DNA of 48,908 nucleotides from Chloroflexota bacterium (GCA_016223105.1 JACRPR010000082.1:22150-71057), one strand, 5' to 3'; positions 20,592 to 30,700 are shown, counted from the stretch's first letter. Notes: generated by a model from the sequence alone, not told the origin. Numbers and translations: made by a program.

Positions 20592-23546
20592 CTAACGCGC
20601 GCCGATGTCGAGCGTGAACGTCAAAAGGTGTAGTTCGCCCGCCAGTTCGATCTCGATGATCGAATTCAAAACCGTCAAGTTTTTACCGGCTTGAGTGCGG
20701 AGGGTCGTTGTATACTCGCGCGCCAAACGCGCGGGCGGCGCGGCTTGGGCAAGTGGAGCAAGCCCCAACTCGTCGGCGGTCTTGCCGATCACCGCGGCGC
20801 GTTCATATTCGAACAACGCCAGGAATTTTTCGTTGACATCCGCGTACCGCCCGGTCGCGCGCTGAGTGATGCTCAACGCCGCCGGCGCGGCGCGAAAGAC
20901 GTGACTAAAAGTTTCTTCGGAGCGCTGGAGCGCGATTTCGATTTGCTTGCGCTCGGTAATGTCCACGAACGTAATCACCGCGCCTTCGATCACATTCTCC
21001 ATCGTGCGATACGGACGAATTCGCATCAGGAACCACGCGTTCGACCTGGTTTGGACTTCGGCTTCTTTCGGCACCAATGTATCCAGCACGGCGCGCACAT
21101 CTTCAACCAGCGAAGCATAGCCGACCAGGTTGGAGACAATGTGTCCGACCGGTCTGCCGATATCGGTTTGGATCAAGTTGATCAACTGGGTCGTCGCGGG
21201 CGTAAAACGCGCGATCCGCAATTGATGATCCACAAAGAGCGTGCCGATGCCGGTGCCCGCGAGCAAATTGTTCATATCGTTGTTCGCGCGCGTGAGGTCC
21301 GCCACTTTGGTTTGCAATTCGGCATTGACCGTCGCCAATTCTTCATTGACCGATTGCAATTCCTCTTTCGAGGTTTCGAGTTCCTCGTTCGTGGATTGCA
21401 ATTCTTCATTGATCGACTGCATCTCTTCGTTCGTGGATTTGAGTTCCTCGTTCGCGGTCTCCATTTCTTCCAGCGTGGTTTGCAGATATTCATCTTTGGC
21501 GCGCAGTTCTTGCTCCAGCCGACCGACGCGCGTGTCAATCTCCTCCGCGGGCGTGTGCGCTTGCGTCGCGTCCGTTTCGACATTGTCTAGCGCGGGCGGC
21601 GCTTCTTCTAAAATAACCAGGAACAGATCCGACAAAAATTCACCGGCGGGGCTTGCCATCACCGGGCGCACGATCAGATTGATCGTCGTGAAATCGCCGT
21701 TCGTCTTGACCGACAGACCGGCATAACGCACCGGCTCTTTGTGCGCCACGGCTTTGTGCAACGCCGTTGCCAACTCGCGGCGCAAGCCCTCGCGCGCCAT
21801 TTGCAAAATGTTCATCCCAGGATCACCCGGCGCGGGTTCCAGGTATTTTCCGGTGCGTCCGTAAATGAAAAGCACCTCACCGTGTCCATTGACGAGCACG
21901 CTGACCGGCGCATAGTGTTCGAGTAACGATTGTTCAACCAGTTCGTGCATTGCAACCTTGCTTTCGCGCGCGCGCTCGCGCGATGGATGCGGGCGCGCTA
22001 CATTATCGGCTAACGGCGGCGCAAAATCACCGAGCGAGAGACGCGCCGCGCCGATGCCCAACTCCAGCCGTTGATAAAGTTTCCATTTGCGATCCAACGG
22101 CGCAAAGAGCGTAACGAAATCGCCGATGGTCTCCGACGTGCCCAAGCAAAGCATTCCGCCGGGATTCAACGCATAGTGAAACAGGGGAATGAGTTTCTTT
22201 TGCAAATCGCCGTTGAGATAAATCAACAAATTGCGGCAACTGATCAAATCGAGTTTGGAGAACGGCGGATCTTTGATCACGTCTTGCTCGGAAAAGACAA
22301 GCAGATCGCGGATAAATTTTTGGATGCGATAACCGCCCTCGCCCGGCTCTTGAATGAAAAAACGCGTCAAGCGCTCCGGCGAAATGTCGGCGGCGATGCT
22401 CGCGGGAAAGACGCCGTTGCGCGCTTGCTCGATGGATTGCCGATCAATATCGGTCGCGAAAATCTGCGCCTTGAACGGTTGGCGCAAGGTTTCCAAATGT
22501 TCCTGGATCAGAATCGCGAGCGAGTACGCTTCTTCGCCGGTCGAACAACCACACACCCACGCGCGCACGGTACTGCCAGCGGGCTTGCCGGCAAAGAGGC
22601 GCGGCATGATCTGGGTTTGCAACGCGGTGAACGCCTCCGGGTCGCGAAAAAAATTCGTAACGCCGATCAAGAGATCGCGAAAGAGCGCGTCAAGCTCCGC
22701 CGGATTTATTTGGGCAAAGCGTAAATAATCCTCCGCGTGCTCGATCTGATGAATTGCCATCCGCCGCTCGACGCGCCGCGCGAGCGTGTTTTGTTTGTAC
22801 TGCGAAAAATCATGCCCGGTTTGCGCGCGCAGTAAGACACATAATTTTTTCAGCAGGTCTTCGGACGTGGGCGCGGGCGCGGAAACCGGTTGCATTTTTT
22901 TGCCGAACGCGTGCGAAACATACGCGATCAATTGCGCGGGCATTTCCGCCGGCTTGAGCACATAGTCCACCAAGCCGGTTGCAATCGCACTGCGCGGCAT
23001 CCCGTCGAACTCAGTGCTGTCCGGGTTTTGCGCCATTGCCATTCCGCCTTCGCCTTTGACCGCGCGCACGCCCAGCGTGCCGTCACTGCCGGTGCCGGAC
23101 AGGACGATGCAAATCGCGCGCTCGCGTTGATCCTGGGCGAGCGAGCGAAAGAAAAAATCAATCGGCAAACGCAAACCGCGCGGCGCGCTCGGCTCGAGCA
23201 ATTGGAGTGTGCCGTTCAGAAACGCCATATCGCGATTGGGCGGAATAATGTACGCGCAGTTCGGCTCCACGCGCATGCCGTCTGTAACTTCATAGACTTG
23301 CATCCGCGTATACCGTTTGACCAGGTCGGTCAAAATACTCTTGTGATCCGGCGATAAATGTTGCACGAGCACGAACGCGATGCCGCCCTCGGTGTCGCTG
23401 GGCATCGCGGAAAAAAACGCTTCAAACGCCGCGAGTCCGCCTGCCGACGCGCCGATGCCGACAATCGCAAATCCTGGCTCCGGCAAACTCGCCTCGGCGA
23501 TCGCGTCCGCGGTTGGCGCGGCGTTGCGATTAGGTTCCTGGGTCAT
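20592..23546 (-). CDS. CheB methylesterase / CheR methyltransferase / coiled coil / PAS fusion
   Basis: GIGASAGG, VQHL, SGTGSDG (CheB); VTNFFRD, GCSTGEEAYS, DLISCRNLLIY (CheR); EEL.S.NEEL repeats; C-terminal PAS domains. Confidence 0.93.
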   Translation of the reverse strand: MTQEPNRNAAPTADAIAEASLPEPGFAIVGIGASAGGLAAFEAFFSAMPSDTEGGIAFVLVQHLSPDHKSILTDLVKRYTRMQVYEVTDGMRVEPNCAYIIPPNRDMAFLNGTLQLLEPSAPRGLRLPIDFFFRSLAQDQRERAICIVLSGTGSDGTLGVRAVKGEGGMAMAQNPDSTEFDGMPRSAIATGLVDYVLKPAEMPAQLIAYVSHAFGKKMQPVSAPAPTSEDLLKKLCVLLRAQTGHDFSQYKQNTLARRVERRMAIHQIEHAEDYLRFAQINPAELDALFRDLLIGVTNFFRDPEAFTALQTQIMPRLFAGKPAGSTVRAWVCGCSTGEEAYSLAILIQEHLETLRQPFKAQIFATDIDRQSIEQARNGVFPASIAADISPERLTRFFIQEPGEGGYRIQKFIRDLLVFSEQDVIKDPPFSKLDLISCRNLLIYLNGDLQKKLIPLFHYALNPGGMLCLGTSETIGDFVTLFAPLDRKWKLYQRLELGIGAARLSLGDFAPPLADNVARPHPSRERARESKVAMHELVEQSLLEHYAPVSVLVNGHGEVLFIYGRTGKYLEPAPGDPGMNILQMAREGLRRELATALHKAVAHKEPVRYAGLSVKTNGDFTTINLIVRPVMASPAGEFLSDLFLVILEEAPPALDNVETDATQAHTPAEEIDTRVGRLEQELRAKDEYLQTTLEEMETANEELKSTNEEMQSINEELQSTNEELETSKEELQSVNEELATVNAELQTKVADLTRANNDMNNLLAGTGIGTLFVDHQLRIARFTPATTQLINLIQTDIGRPVGHIVSNLVGYASLVEDVRAVLDTLVPKEAEVQTRSNAWFLMRIRPYRTMENVIEGAVITFVDITERKQIEIALQRSEETFSHVFRAAPAALSITQRATGRYADVNEKFLALFEYERAAVIGKTADELGLAPLAQAAPPARLAREYTTTLRTQAGKNLTVLNSIIEIELAGELHLLTFTLDIGAR

Positions 23547-23642
23547 TGTGCCTCCCGGTTCGTTTCACAATTCGTCCCGACTGCAATTTTGATTTCGGCT
23601 ATTATACTCGATTTCGCGTCGGATGAGTACCCTGTCCGCATC

Positions 23643-23689
23643 GTGGCGCGGCTTAAAGCCACGGATGCGGGCTCGAAAGCCCGCGCCAC
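23643..23689. repeat. GTGG-type REP / branched hairpin
   Basis: GTGGCGCGG...CCGCGCCAC ends enclosing the hairpins GGCTTAAAGCC and CGGGCTCGAAAGCCCG. Confidence 0.55.
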
Positions 23690-23706
23690 AGTTAATTTCA
23701 AAATCC

Positions 23707-26643
23707 CTAGCCGCTCTGTTTTTCCAAATGCTCATCGAGCGATTGCGCGATGCCGCGCGCGCGCGCCGTGTCGAATTGTGCGCGCGACAATTGCGTTTCT
23801 AATTCCGCGAACAAATGCGCGCCCGGCGCGCGCGCCTCCGCGCTCAACGCCGGATGATTCAGCGCGAACGCGAGCAACGCGACGGCTTGTTCGAGATTGC
23901 GCTCACGCGCGTCGAGCGTCGCGATGCCGATAAAAATTTCGACGATACGCCGCGTCGCGCGAATCGCGCGCGCGATGTACAGTCCTTCGCGAAAGTACGC
24001 GCGCGCGTCCGCGTGCTCGCCGCGCGCGCACGCGTTCGCGCCGAGATTGTCGAGCGCGGTCGCGATGCCCCACGCGTCGCCCAGCTCGCGGCGCAATGCC
24101 AGCCCTTCGCGATAGAGTTGCTCCGCGCGCGCGTAATCAGTTTGCCGATACGCGAGATACCCCAGGTTGTTGAGACAAATCGCGATGCCAAGCCGATTGT
24201 CGAGCTCGCGAAAAATGCCGATGCTCTCCTGATACAATTGTTCCGCCGCGCGCGGATTGTCCTGCGCGGTAACGATGCTCGCGAGATTGATGAGCGTTTT
24301 CGCGACGCCGGGCAAATCGCCGAGCGCGCGGCGGAGCGCCAAACTTGCTTCCACACGCGCGCGCGCCGCGACCTGGTCGCCTTGCGTGTGCAGAACGTGT
24401 CCCAGGTTGCTCAACGCGCGCGCGATGCCCCACGCATCATCGGCTTGGTGCGCGTGCGTGTAACTCGCCTCGAACAATTGTTGCGCGCGCGCGCGGTCGC
24501 CGGTGCGTTCGGCAATCGTTCCCAAATTATTGAGCGCGAACGCGCGCTCACGCGGCGCAGAAACCAGGTCGCGCGCGGTCTCCAACAATGCGCGCGCGCC
24601 GGCGTAATCGGCGCGGCGCGTCGCAAAGACGCCTTGCCACGCGAGCACGATGCCGCGCGTTGCCGCGCGCGGCAAAACGTTCGCGGCGCGCGCCATCAAC
24701 TCGGCGCCTTCGCGCGCCCAATTGCGCGTTTCGTAAAAAATCGCCAGCCCTTCGACCGCGCGCGCGATGATCGCTTCGTCTGTTTGTTCGATTGCCCAAG
24801 CCCACGCCGCGCGAATGTTTTCCAAATCTTGCGCGATCTGCTCGAGCGCGGCGCGTTTGCCCTGCCGCATTTCAAGCGCGCGGCTCGCGATGAAATCCGC
24901 GAAATAATGCGCGTGCGCGTCGCGCGTCGCGCGCATCGCGTCCGCATCGAGTTTTTCTTCCGCGTATTGGCGAAGTGTTTCGATCATTGCATACCGCCCC
25001 GCGCGGTCGTGATGCAAAAGCGATTTGCCGACGAGCGTCAAAAGTTGCGTTAGCGACGCGCCCGCGATTTGCTCGGCGGCGGCTTCGCGAAATCCGCCGC
25101 GCATCACCGCCAAACGACAAAACGGCGCGCGTTCTTCCGTCGTCAAAAGATTCCACGAATAATCGAACACTGCGCGCAAACTACGTTGCCGCGCCGGGAC
25201 ATCGCCCATCGTCGTCGCGAGAAAATCGAGATTGTGCGCGATCGCGTGCGCGATCTCCGCGCAGGTCGAATCGCGAATCGCGGTCGCGGCGAGTTCGATG
25301 CCGAGCGGCAAGCCCTCGACCAGGGCGCAGATGCGCGCGATGGATGCCGCGTCGTTTTCGTCCGGTGCGAAACGCGCGCGGGCGCGGCGCGCGCTTTGAA
25401 CAAATAATCGCGGCGCGTCCTGCTCCGGCAAACCGCGCACCTCGTACACCCATTCGGCTTGCAAGTTCAAGCGTTCGCGCGAGGTCGCGATCATTTTCAC
25501 ATCGGGCGCGTTCTGCAACAGCGCGACAAATTCGGACGCGCCCGCGCGCACTTGCTCCACATTGTCCAAAATTAACAGCATTTCTTTGCCGCGCAAGTAA
25601 TTTTGCAATTGCGCGCGCGGATCGCCCGCGCCCAAATCGAGCGCGAGTTGTTCGACGAACGCGAGCGGAATCATTTCCGGCGCGGACAATGCGGACAGGG
25701 AAACAAAGCGCGCGCCGTTCAAAAATCGTTCGACGTGTTGCGCGGCGATTTGCAACGCGAGCCGCGTTTTGCCAACGCCGCCGCGCCCGACGAGCGTGAT
25801 CAGCCGACAACCTGGGTCGGCGATCAGCGCATCGAGTTCCGCGAGTTCATCCGCGCGTCCGACGAACGGGGTGAGCGCGGCAGGTAAGTTGTGGCGCGGC
25901 GATGCTTCCGCCGCGCGGATCCGTTCAACCAGCGCGGTCGTGTCCGCCGCGGGCGCGACGTTCAACTCATCGCGCAAAATGCGCCGACAAATTTCGTACT
26001 GCGCGAGCGCGGCGGAACGTTGTCCACTGTGCGCGAGCAACACCATCATCCGGCGATGCGCTTCTTCGCGCCAGGGATCGAGCGTGAGTAATTTGCGTAA
26101 CGTCGTGAGCGCGTGCGGTAATTCCTGGCGCGTCGCGTAATCGTTTGTCAAATGATACAGTGCGTCCACGGCAAATTCGCGCAATGACGCGCGTTGTTGT
26201 TGCAACCACTCGTTGAACAAGGTGTCGGCGGGGAGATCGAGATCGGCGAGCAAATCGCCGCGATACAATTCCAGCGCGCGCGCGCGTGTGGCAATCATTT
26301 CCGGCGTCGCCGCGTCCGCGCCATCGCGTAGCGCGCGCAAAAATTCATCCGTGTCGAGCGACACACCCGGATTCGTTTGCCACGCGATTGAAACGCGGTC
26401 GGCGGTGAACACGGTCGCGCGCAACCCCTCATTTAAATTCCACAACGCGAAGCGCAAATTGTCGAGCGCTTTTTTTTCGGAGGAATCGGACCAGAGAAGC
26501 CCGGCGAGTTTACTGCGCGTGTGCGCGCCGGGAGTGAGCGCAAGGTAGCAAAGTAATGCCAGCACCTTGCGGCTCTTGAAGGGCGCAAGCGGTTTGCCGT
26601 CGCGTTCGATGGACGGCGTGCCAAGCAGGCGAATGTGAATCAT
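23707..26643 (-). CDS. SARP/AfsR-like regulator: winged helix + BTAD + P-loop ATPase + TPR
   Basis: IRLLG.P, LLCYLAL, R.KLAGLLW, LYRGDLL, LDPWREEAHR..M, HNLPAALTPFVGR, GRGGVGKTRLA, LLILDNVE, EGLPLGIELAA, C-terminal TPRs. Confidence 0.92.
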   Translation of the reverse strand: MIHIRLLGTPSIERDGKPLAPFKSRKVLALLCYLALTPGAHTRSKLAGLLWSDSSEKKALDNLRFALWNLNEGLRATVFTADRVSIAWQTNPGVSLDTDEFLRALRDGADAATPEMIATRARALELYRGDLLADLDLPADTLFNEWLQQQRASLREFAVDALYHLTNDYATRQELPHALTTLRKLLTLDPWREEAHRRMMVLLAHSGQRSAALAQYEICRRILRDELNVAPAADTTALVERIRAAEASPRHNLPAALTPFVGRADELAELDALIADPGCRLITLVGRGGVGKTRLALQIAAQHVERFLNGARFVSLSALSAPEMIPLAFVEQLALDLGAGDPRAQLQNYLRGKEMLLILDNVEQVRAGASEFVALLQNAPDVKMIATSRERLNLQAEWVYEVRGLPEQDAPRLFVQSARRARARFAPDENDAASIARICALVEGLPLGIELAATAIRDSTCAEIAHAIAHNLDFLATTMGDVPARQRSLRAVFDYSWNLLTTEERAPFCRLAVMRGGFREAAAEQIAGASLTQLLTLVGKSLLHHDRAGRYAMIETLRQYAEEKLDADAMRATRDAHAHYFADFIASRALEMRQGKRAALEQIAQDLENIRAAWAWAIEQTDEAIIARAVEGLAIFYETRNWAREGAELMARAANVLPRAATRGIVLAWQGVFATRRADYAGARALLETARDLVSAPRERAFALNNLGTIAERTGDRARAQQLFEASYTHAHQADDAWGIARALSNLGHVLHTQGDQVAARARVEASLALRRALGDLPGVAKTLINLASIVTAQDNPRAAEQLYQESIGIFRELDNRLGIAICLNNLGYLAYRQTDYARAEQLYREGLALRRELGDAWGIATALDNLGANACARGEHADARAYFREGLYIARAIRATRRIVEIFIGIATLDARERNLEQAVALLAFALNHPALSAEARAPGAHLFAELETQLSRAQFDTARARGIAQSLDEHLEKQSG

Positions 26644-26662
26644 TGTGGGTAGAGATTGGAGA

Positions 26663-26699
26663 TTCAGTAAACGTTCAGTAAACGCGCCAGTGTTACGAT
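26663..26699 (+). promoter_or_regulatory. 11-bp direct repeat (TTCAGTAAACG)x2 plus extended -10 (TGtTACGAT): putative SARP-activated promoter
   Basis: Perfect tandem repeat at 26663-26684 in the -35 position; -10 at 26694-26699; opposite-strand TATAAT at 26712-26717 for the regulator. Confidence 0.65.
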
Positions 26700-26731
26700 G
26701 CGCGCAATTCGATTATACAACGGAATGGGCT

Positions 26732-26944
26732 ATGTCGAAAATAGAACCGTATCGGCATCTCTATTTTTTGTATGCGTGGGTCGAGCCGCACGCGGACGCG
26801 TCGGCGCGCCCGGTGTGGCGTTATCGCGTTGAAGACGCGCTAACGCACGAGCAACATTTGTTCGGCGAACTGCGCGGGTTGTTGGAATTTTTGCAAGCGC
26901 GCCAGGTGGTCGCACTATCGCTCGACGCGCGCGCGGGAGAGTAA
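26732..26944 (+). CDS. Small uncharacterised protein (Y.L..W.E...WR..VED..T.E...F..L..L.EFL type)
   Basis: 70 aa, divergent from the BTAD regulator. Resembles small proteins I recall next to BTAD regulators in Chloroflexota (not verified). Confidence 0.7.
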   Translation: MSKIEPYRHLYFLYAWVEPHADASARPVWRYRVEDALTHEQHLFGELRGLLEFLQARQVVALSLDARAGE

Positions 26945-26946
26945 CG

Positions 26947-27319
26947 ATGAAAACAGATTTTCGCGCTGGCGTTTGGATTGATCGCGTTGACAATGTTCGT
27001 CGCCGCGACTGGCGATGCGGATGCGCGCGGCGCGCCGCCGCAGAATGACGCGCGCGCGGCAGACGCGCGCGCGGCAGACGCGCGCGCGGCAGACGCGCGC
27101 GCGGCAGACGCGCGCGCGCCGACGCCGACGCCGCGCGCGCGCCGCGCGCCGAACGCGCGCACGATCACGTTCACGTACGACAATGCCGGGCGCGTGACCG
27201 AAGCGAATTACGGAAGCGGCAGTCGCATTGCGTTCACGTACGATTTTTCCGGCGATTTGACGGCGATGCAAACTTTCGCGGTTGATCTCCGTATCTTTTT
27301 CCCGGTGATTCTCAAATAA
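26947..27319 (+). pseudogene. Small secreted YD-repeat protein with C-terminal sorting motif; apparent +1 A frameshift right after the ATG
   Basis: GGGAGA RBS, then ATGAAAACAG. Removing one A gives the signal peptide MKQIFALAFGLIALTMF, in frame with ITFTYDNAGRVT..YDFSGDL..LRIFFPVILK. Could instead start at TTG 26978. Confidence 0.65.
27047..27119. repeat. 15-bp tandem repeat GACGCGCGCGCGGCA (about 5 units, encoding DARAA)
   Basis: Read directly. Confidence 0.85.
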
Positions 27320-27322
27320 ATG

Positions 27323-27486
27323 GTAACTACTCAGCCCATGTCATTGCGAGCGGTTTTCGCTGGCACTTGCGTTCCCGCCAGGGCAAGTGTGCGAAGCAAT
27401 CCCCGACCTGGTCGATCCGGATTCACAACGCGGGGATTGCTTCGTCGGCAAAAACCGCCTCCTCGCAATGACACCTGAGTAGTTAC
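27323..27486. mobile_element. MITE with 12-bp terminal inverted repeats and 8-bp target-site duplication, carrying a palindromic element
   Basis: GTAACTACTCAG (27323-27334) / CTGAGTAGTTAC (27475-27486); AATAAATG on both sides (27315-27322, 27487-27494). Confidence 0.85.
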
Positions 27487-27490
27487 AATA

Positions 27491-27767
27491 AATGACAATG
27501 AATTTTGGAATTGAACGAACAACTGGAGTCAAGCGTTTACGCGGTTGCTCGCCCGGACAAACCACCCCGCTAATGAATTTTGATTCTCAAATTCGGTAAT
27601 CGTCTGGAATCGAGCGTTTACGCGGTTCGCTTTGCGGCTCGGACAAACAACCCGCTGAAGCGTCGAATCCAGAATCGCGAAAATTCATTACCGATTTTGA
27701 CTTTCAAAACGCACAAGCGTCGTATCCGGACTGAACAATTCGTTCAATTCTCCAATTCGTTGTCATT
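27491..27767. mobile_element. Nested MITE/REP structure
   Basis: Outer imperfect ~29-bp IR (AATGACAA..GAATTGAACGAA); inner IR pair at 27574-27600 and 27687-27713; two copies of AGCGTTTACGCGGTT..GGACAAAC..CCCGCT. Confidence 0.65.
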
Positions 27768-27782
27768 TCCCGGAGCAAAACT

Positions 27783-30700
27783 ATGAACACTCGATTTCTC
27801 CTGCGCGTTCTCGTCGCGCTTTTCTGCGCGACATTTTTTCTCGCGCCGATTTTTTTGACGAACGATGTTGCCGCGCAAGAACCGGTACCGCTCGCGCCCG
27901 GGCGACAGTTCGGCACCGCGCCGCGCGTATCGCCGGCGGACGCGCGCAAAGAGTTGGCATCGCGCGCGATTCCGGCGAGCCCGCGCGCGCCGCGCACGCT
28001 CGCGACCTCCGAAACCGAAGCGACGCCGGAAATTGTCGCGCTCGCGCGCGGATTGAAAAATGATCCCAAACTGATTTTCGATTTCGTCCACAATTACATC
28101 GAGTACGTGCCGACGTACGGTTCGGTGAACGGCGCGACCGCGACCTTGCTCGCGCGGCGCGGGAACGATTGGGATCAGGCGTCGTTGTTCATCGCGCTGA
28201 TGCGCCAAGCCGGGTTCACCGCGAATTACGCGCTGGGCGATGTAACGTACTCGCCCAGCCGACTCGCGAACTGGGTCGGTGTTTCGAACACGTCCGTCGT
28301 CGGCAACGTGTTTGCGAATGGCGGCGTCCCGGTCGTCGGCGTCAGCGGCAATTGGCAAATTACGCGCGTCTGGGCGCAAGCGGTCGTCGGCGGCACGACG
28401 TACACGTTCGATCCGGCGATGAAAGATTACCAGGACATTGCCGGGATCGCGAATCTCGCGAGCGCGCTCGGCTACAATCAAGCGACGTTTCTCGCGAACG
28501 CACAAGTCGGCGCGACGGTTACGAGCGATTACGTGAAATCGTTGAACGAGACGAACGCGCGCGCAAATCTCGCGACGTACTCCGGCAACCTGGTTGCGTA
28601 CATTCGCGCGAATCTGCCGAGCGCGAATCTCGCGCAAGTGATCGGCGGACGCGCGATCATCACCACCGAGTTGGCATCGTACGCGACTGCGTTACCGTAC
28701 GCGATTTCATCCGCGAACGTGCAAACGTTCGCGACGATTGGCGACGCGTATCGCCACACTCTGCGCGTGCAACACGCGGGATTTGATTTCACGTTCAAGA
28801 CGTACGAAATCGCGAGCAAGCGCATGACGATTTGGTACGACGGCGGAAGCAACGCGCCGGTTCTGCGCGTGGACGGCACATCCATCGTTACCGGCACCGC
28901 GACGATCAGCGGCACGCGGTACGCGATGACTGTCACGGTGGATCATCCGTACGCCGGAAATGGCGGCACATTCGCAGATCAAACCGCGACGCTAAATCCA
29001 AAGAGCGGCGCGCAGTACGCGTGGATGCACGATTTCAACGGCGCGTCGGCGGAACTGCTCGCAAAACGCAACGCCCTGCTCGCGCACGCGCGCGCGCTGG
29101 GCAACGCCGAATCGTCCGAGATTGTGCGCGGCGAAACGTTGGCGTTGATGGGGCAGATGTGGTTTTACGAGGATACGCTCAACGCGAGAATCCTGGGACG
29201 TGTCGGCAAAGTCGTGCCGATCACGCATCACGGCGCGGGCATCGTCGGTCAAGAGGGCGGTTACTTTTTCGATATTCCACTCGGTTACATTAGCGACCCG
29301 ACGAGCGATGGCGTCTACATTTCGCGCGCGCACGATGATGTCGTCCGCGTTTGAACACGGCGTGCTCGAACAATTGCAAGGGAGCGCGAACCCAGCCGTC
29401 TCGACGATCAAGATGTTGCGGCAGAGCAACGCGAACGGCGCGAGCAACAAAACATTTTTGGCGACGAGTTCGAATTGGACGACCGGCGCGAACGTGCGAA
29501 GCCAGTTGATTGATTACAGCGCGGGACAACTCGCGAATCTCGATGCGTACATCGCCGCGAATTACCGGCTTGTTCTGCCGGAAGATGGCGCGATCACGGT
29601 GAACAGTTGGACCGGCAACGGCTACATCGCGTACTATCAAAGCGGCGGCGCGATGGGAATGGGAATGATCATCAACGGCGGTCTCGCGGGCGGATACGTT
29701 ACGACGCCCGGCACGGTCAACCCTTTTAATACATGGCAGAACACCTGGCTTCCGCCGCTCGATCAACAAGACCAGGTTACGACGCCCAAGAGCGGCGAGC
29801 CAGTGGATATGCTCACCGGCGCGTACACGTTCGAGCATCGCGATTTGCAAGTCGGCGAAGCCGCGCCGATGGGATTGGAGTTTACGCGATTTTACAACAG
29901 CGGCAATCATGATTCAGTCGGCGCGCTTGGCGCGGGCTGGTCGCACAGTTACGATTTTTCCGCGCGCGCGCGGAGCAATGGCGCGTTCGGTTTTGGCTTG
30001 CGGCAACCGATTGAAGCCGCGAATCAAATCGCGTGGGCGCACATCGCGGTGGATTTACTCAACAATGATCAACCGAGCGCGTTGAATTGGATGGTTACTG
30101 ATCTCGCGACAAAATGGGCGATGGATCAGTTGACTGACAACGCGGTGTTGATCGCGCGCGGCGCGAAATCATCCGAGTTTGTGAAACTTGCGAGCGGTGA
30201 GTACGTGCCGCCGCCCGGTCTCGCGACGATGTTGACCGCGGATGGAACCGGTTTTCACGTAACCGAACGCGATGGCGCGCGCGTCGAATTCAACACGAGC
30301 GGACGCGCGACGCAGTGGATCGATCCCAGCGGCAACACGACGACGTTCGCGTACGATGGCAACGGCAAACTCACTTCGGTTACGGATCCGTTCGCGCGCG
30401 CGTTCACGTTCGGCTACACCGGCAATTTGGTGACGAGCATCACCGACTCGCCGCGCAATGTGCAATTCACGTACACCGGCAACAATCTCACGAATTTTCG
30501 CGATGCGCGCTTGAACAATTGGGGCTACGAGTACGATGCGTCGAATCGTTTGACGAAAATCAAAAAAGCAAATCCCGCGACGACTGCATTGACGACGAAC
30601 GTGTACGACGCGCTCGACCGCGTGCAAACGCAAACGGACGCGCTTGGCAACCTCACGACATTTTACTGGGGCATTTATCGCAACGTGGAAAGCGCGCCGA

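Noticed and set aside
27047-27119. Tandem repeats as a CRISPR array
   Set aside because: Units are contiguous with no unique spacers, lie in a coding frame, and there are no cas genes; the same applies to the heptamer arrays.
29290-29330. Programmed ribosomal frameshift in the Rhs gene
   Set aside because: No slippery heptamer or homopolymer at the junction.
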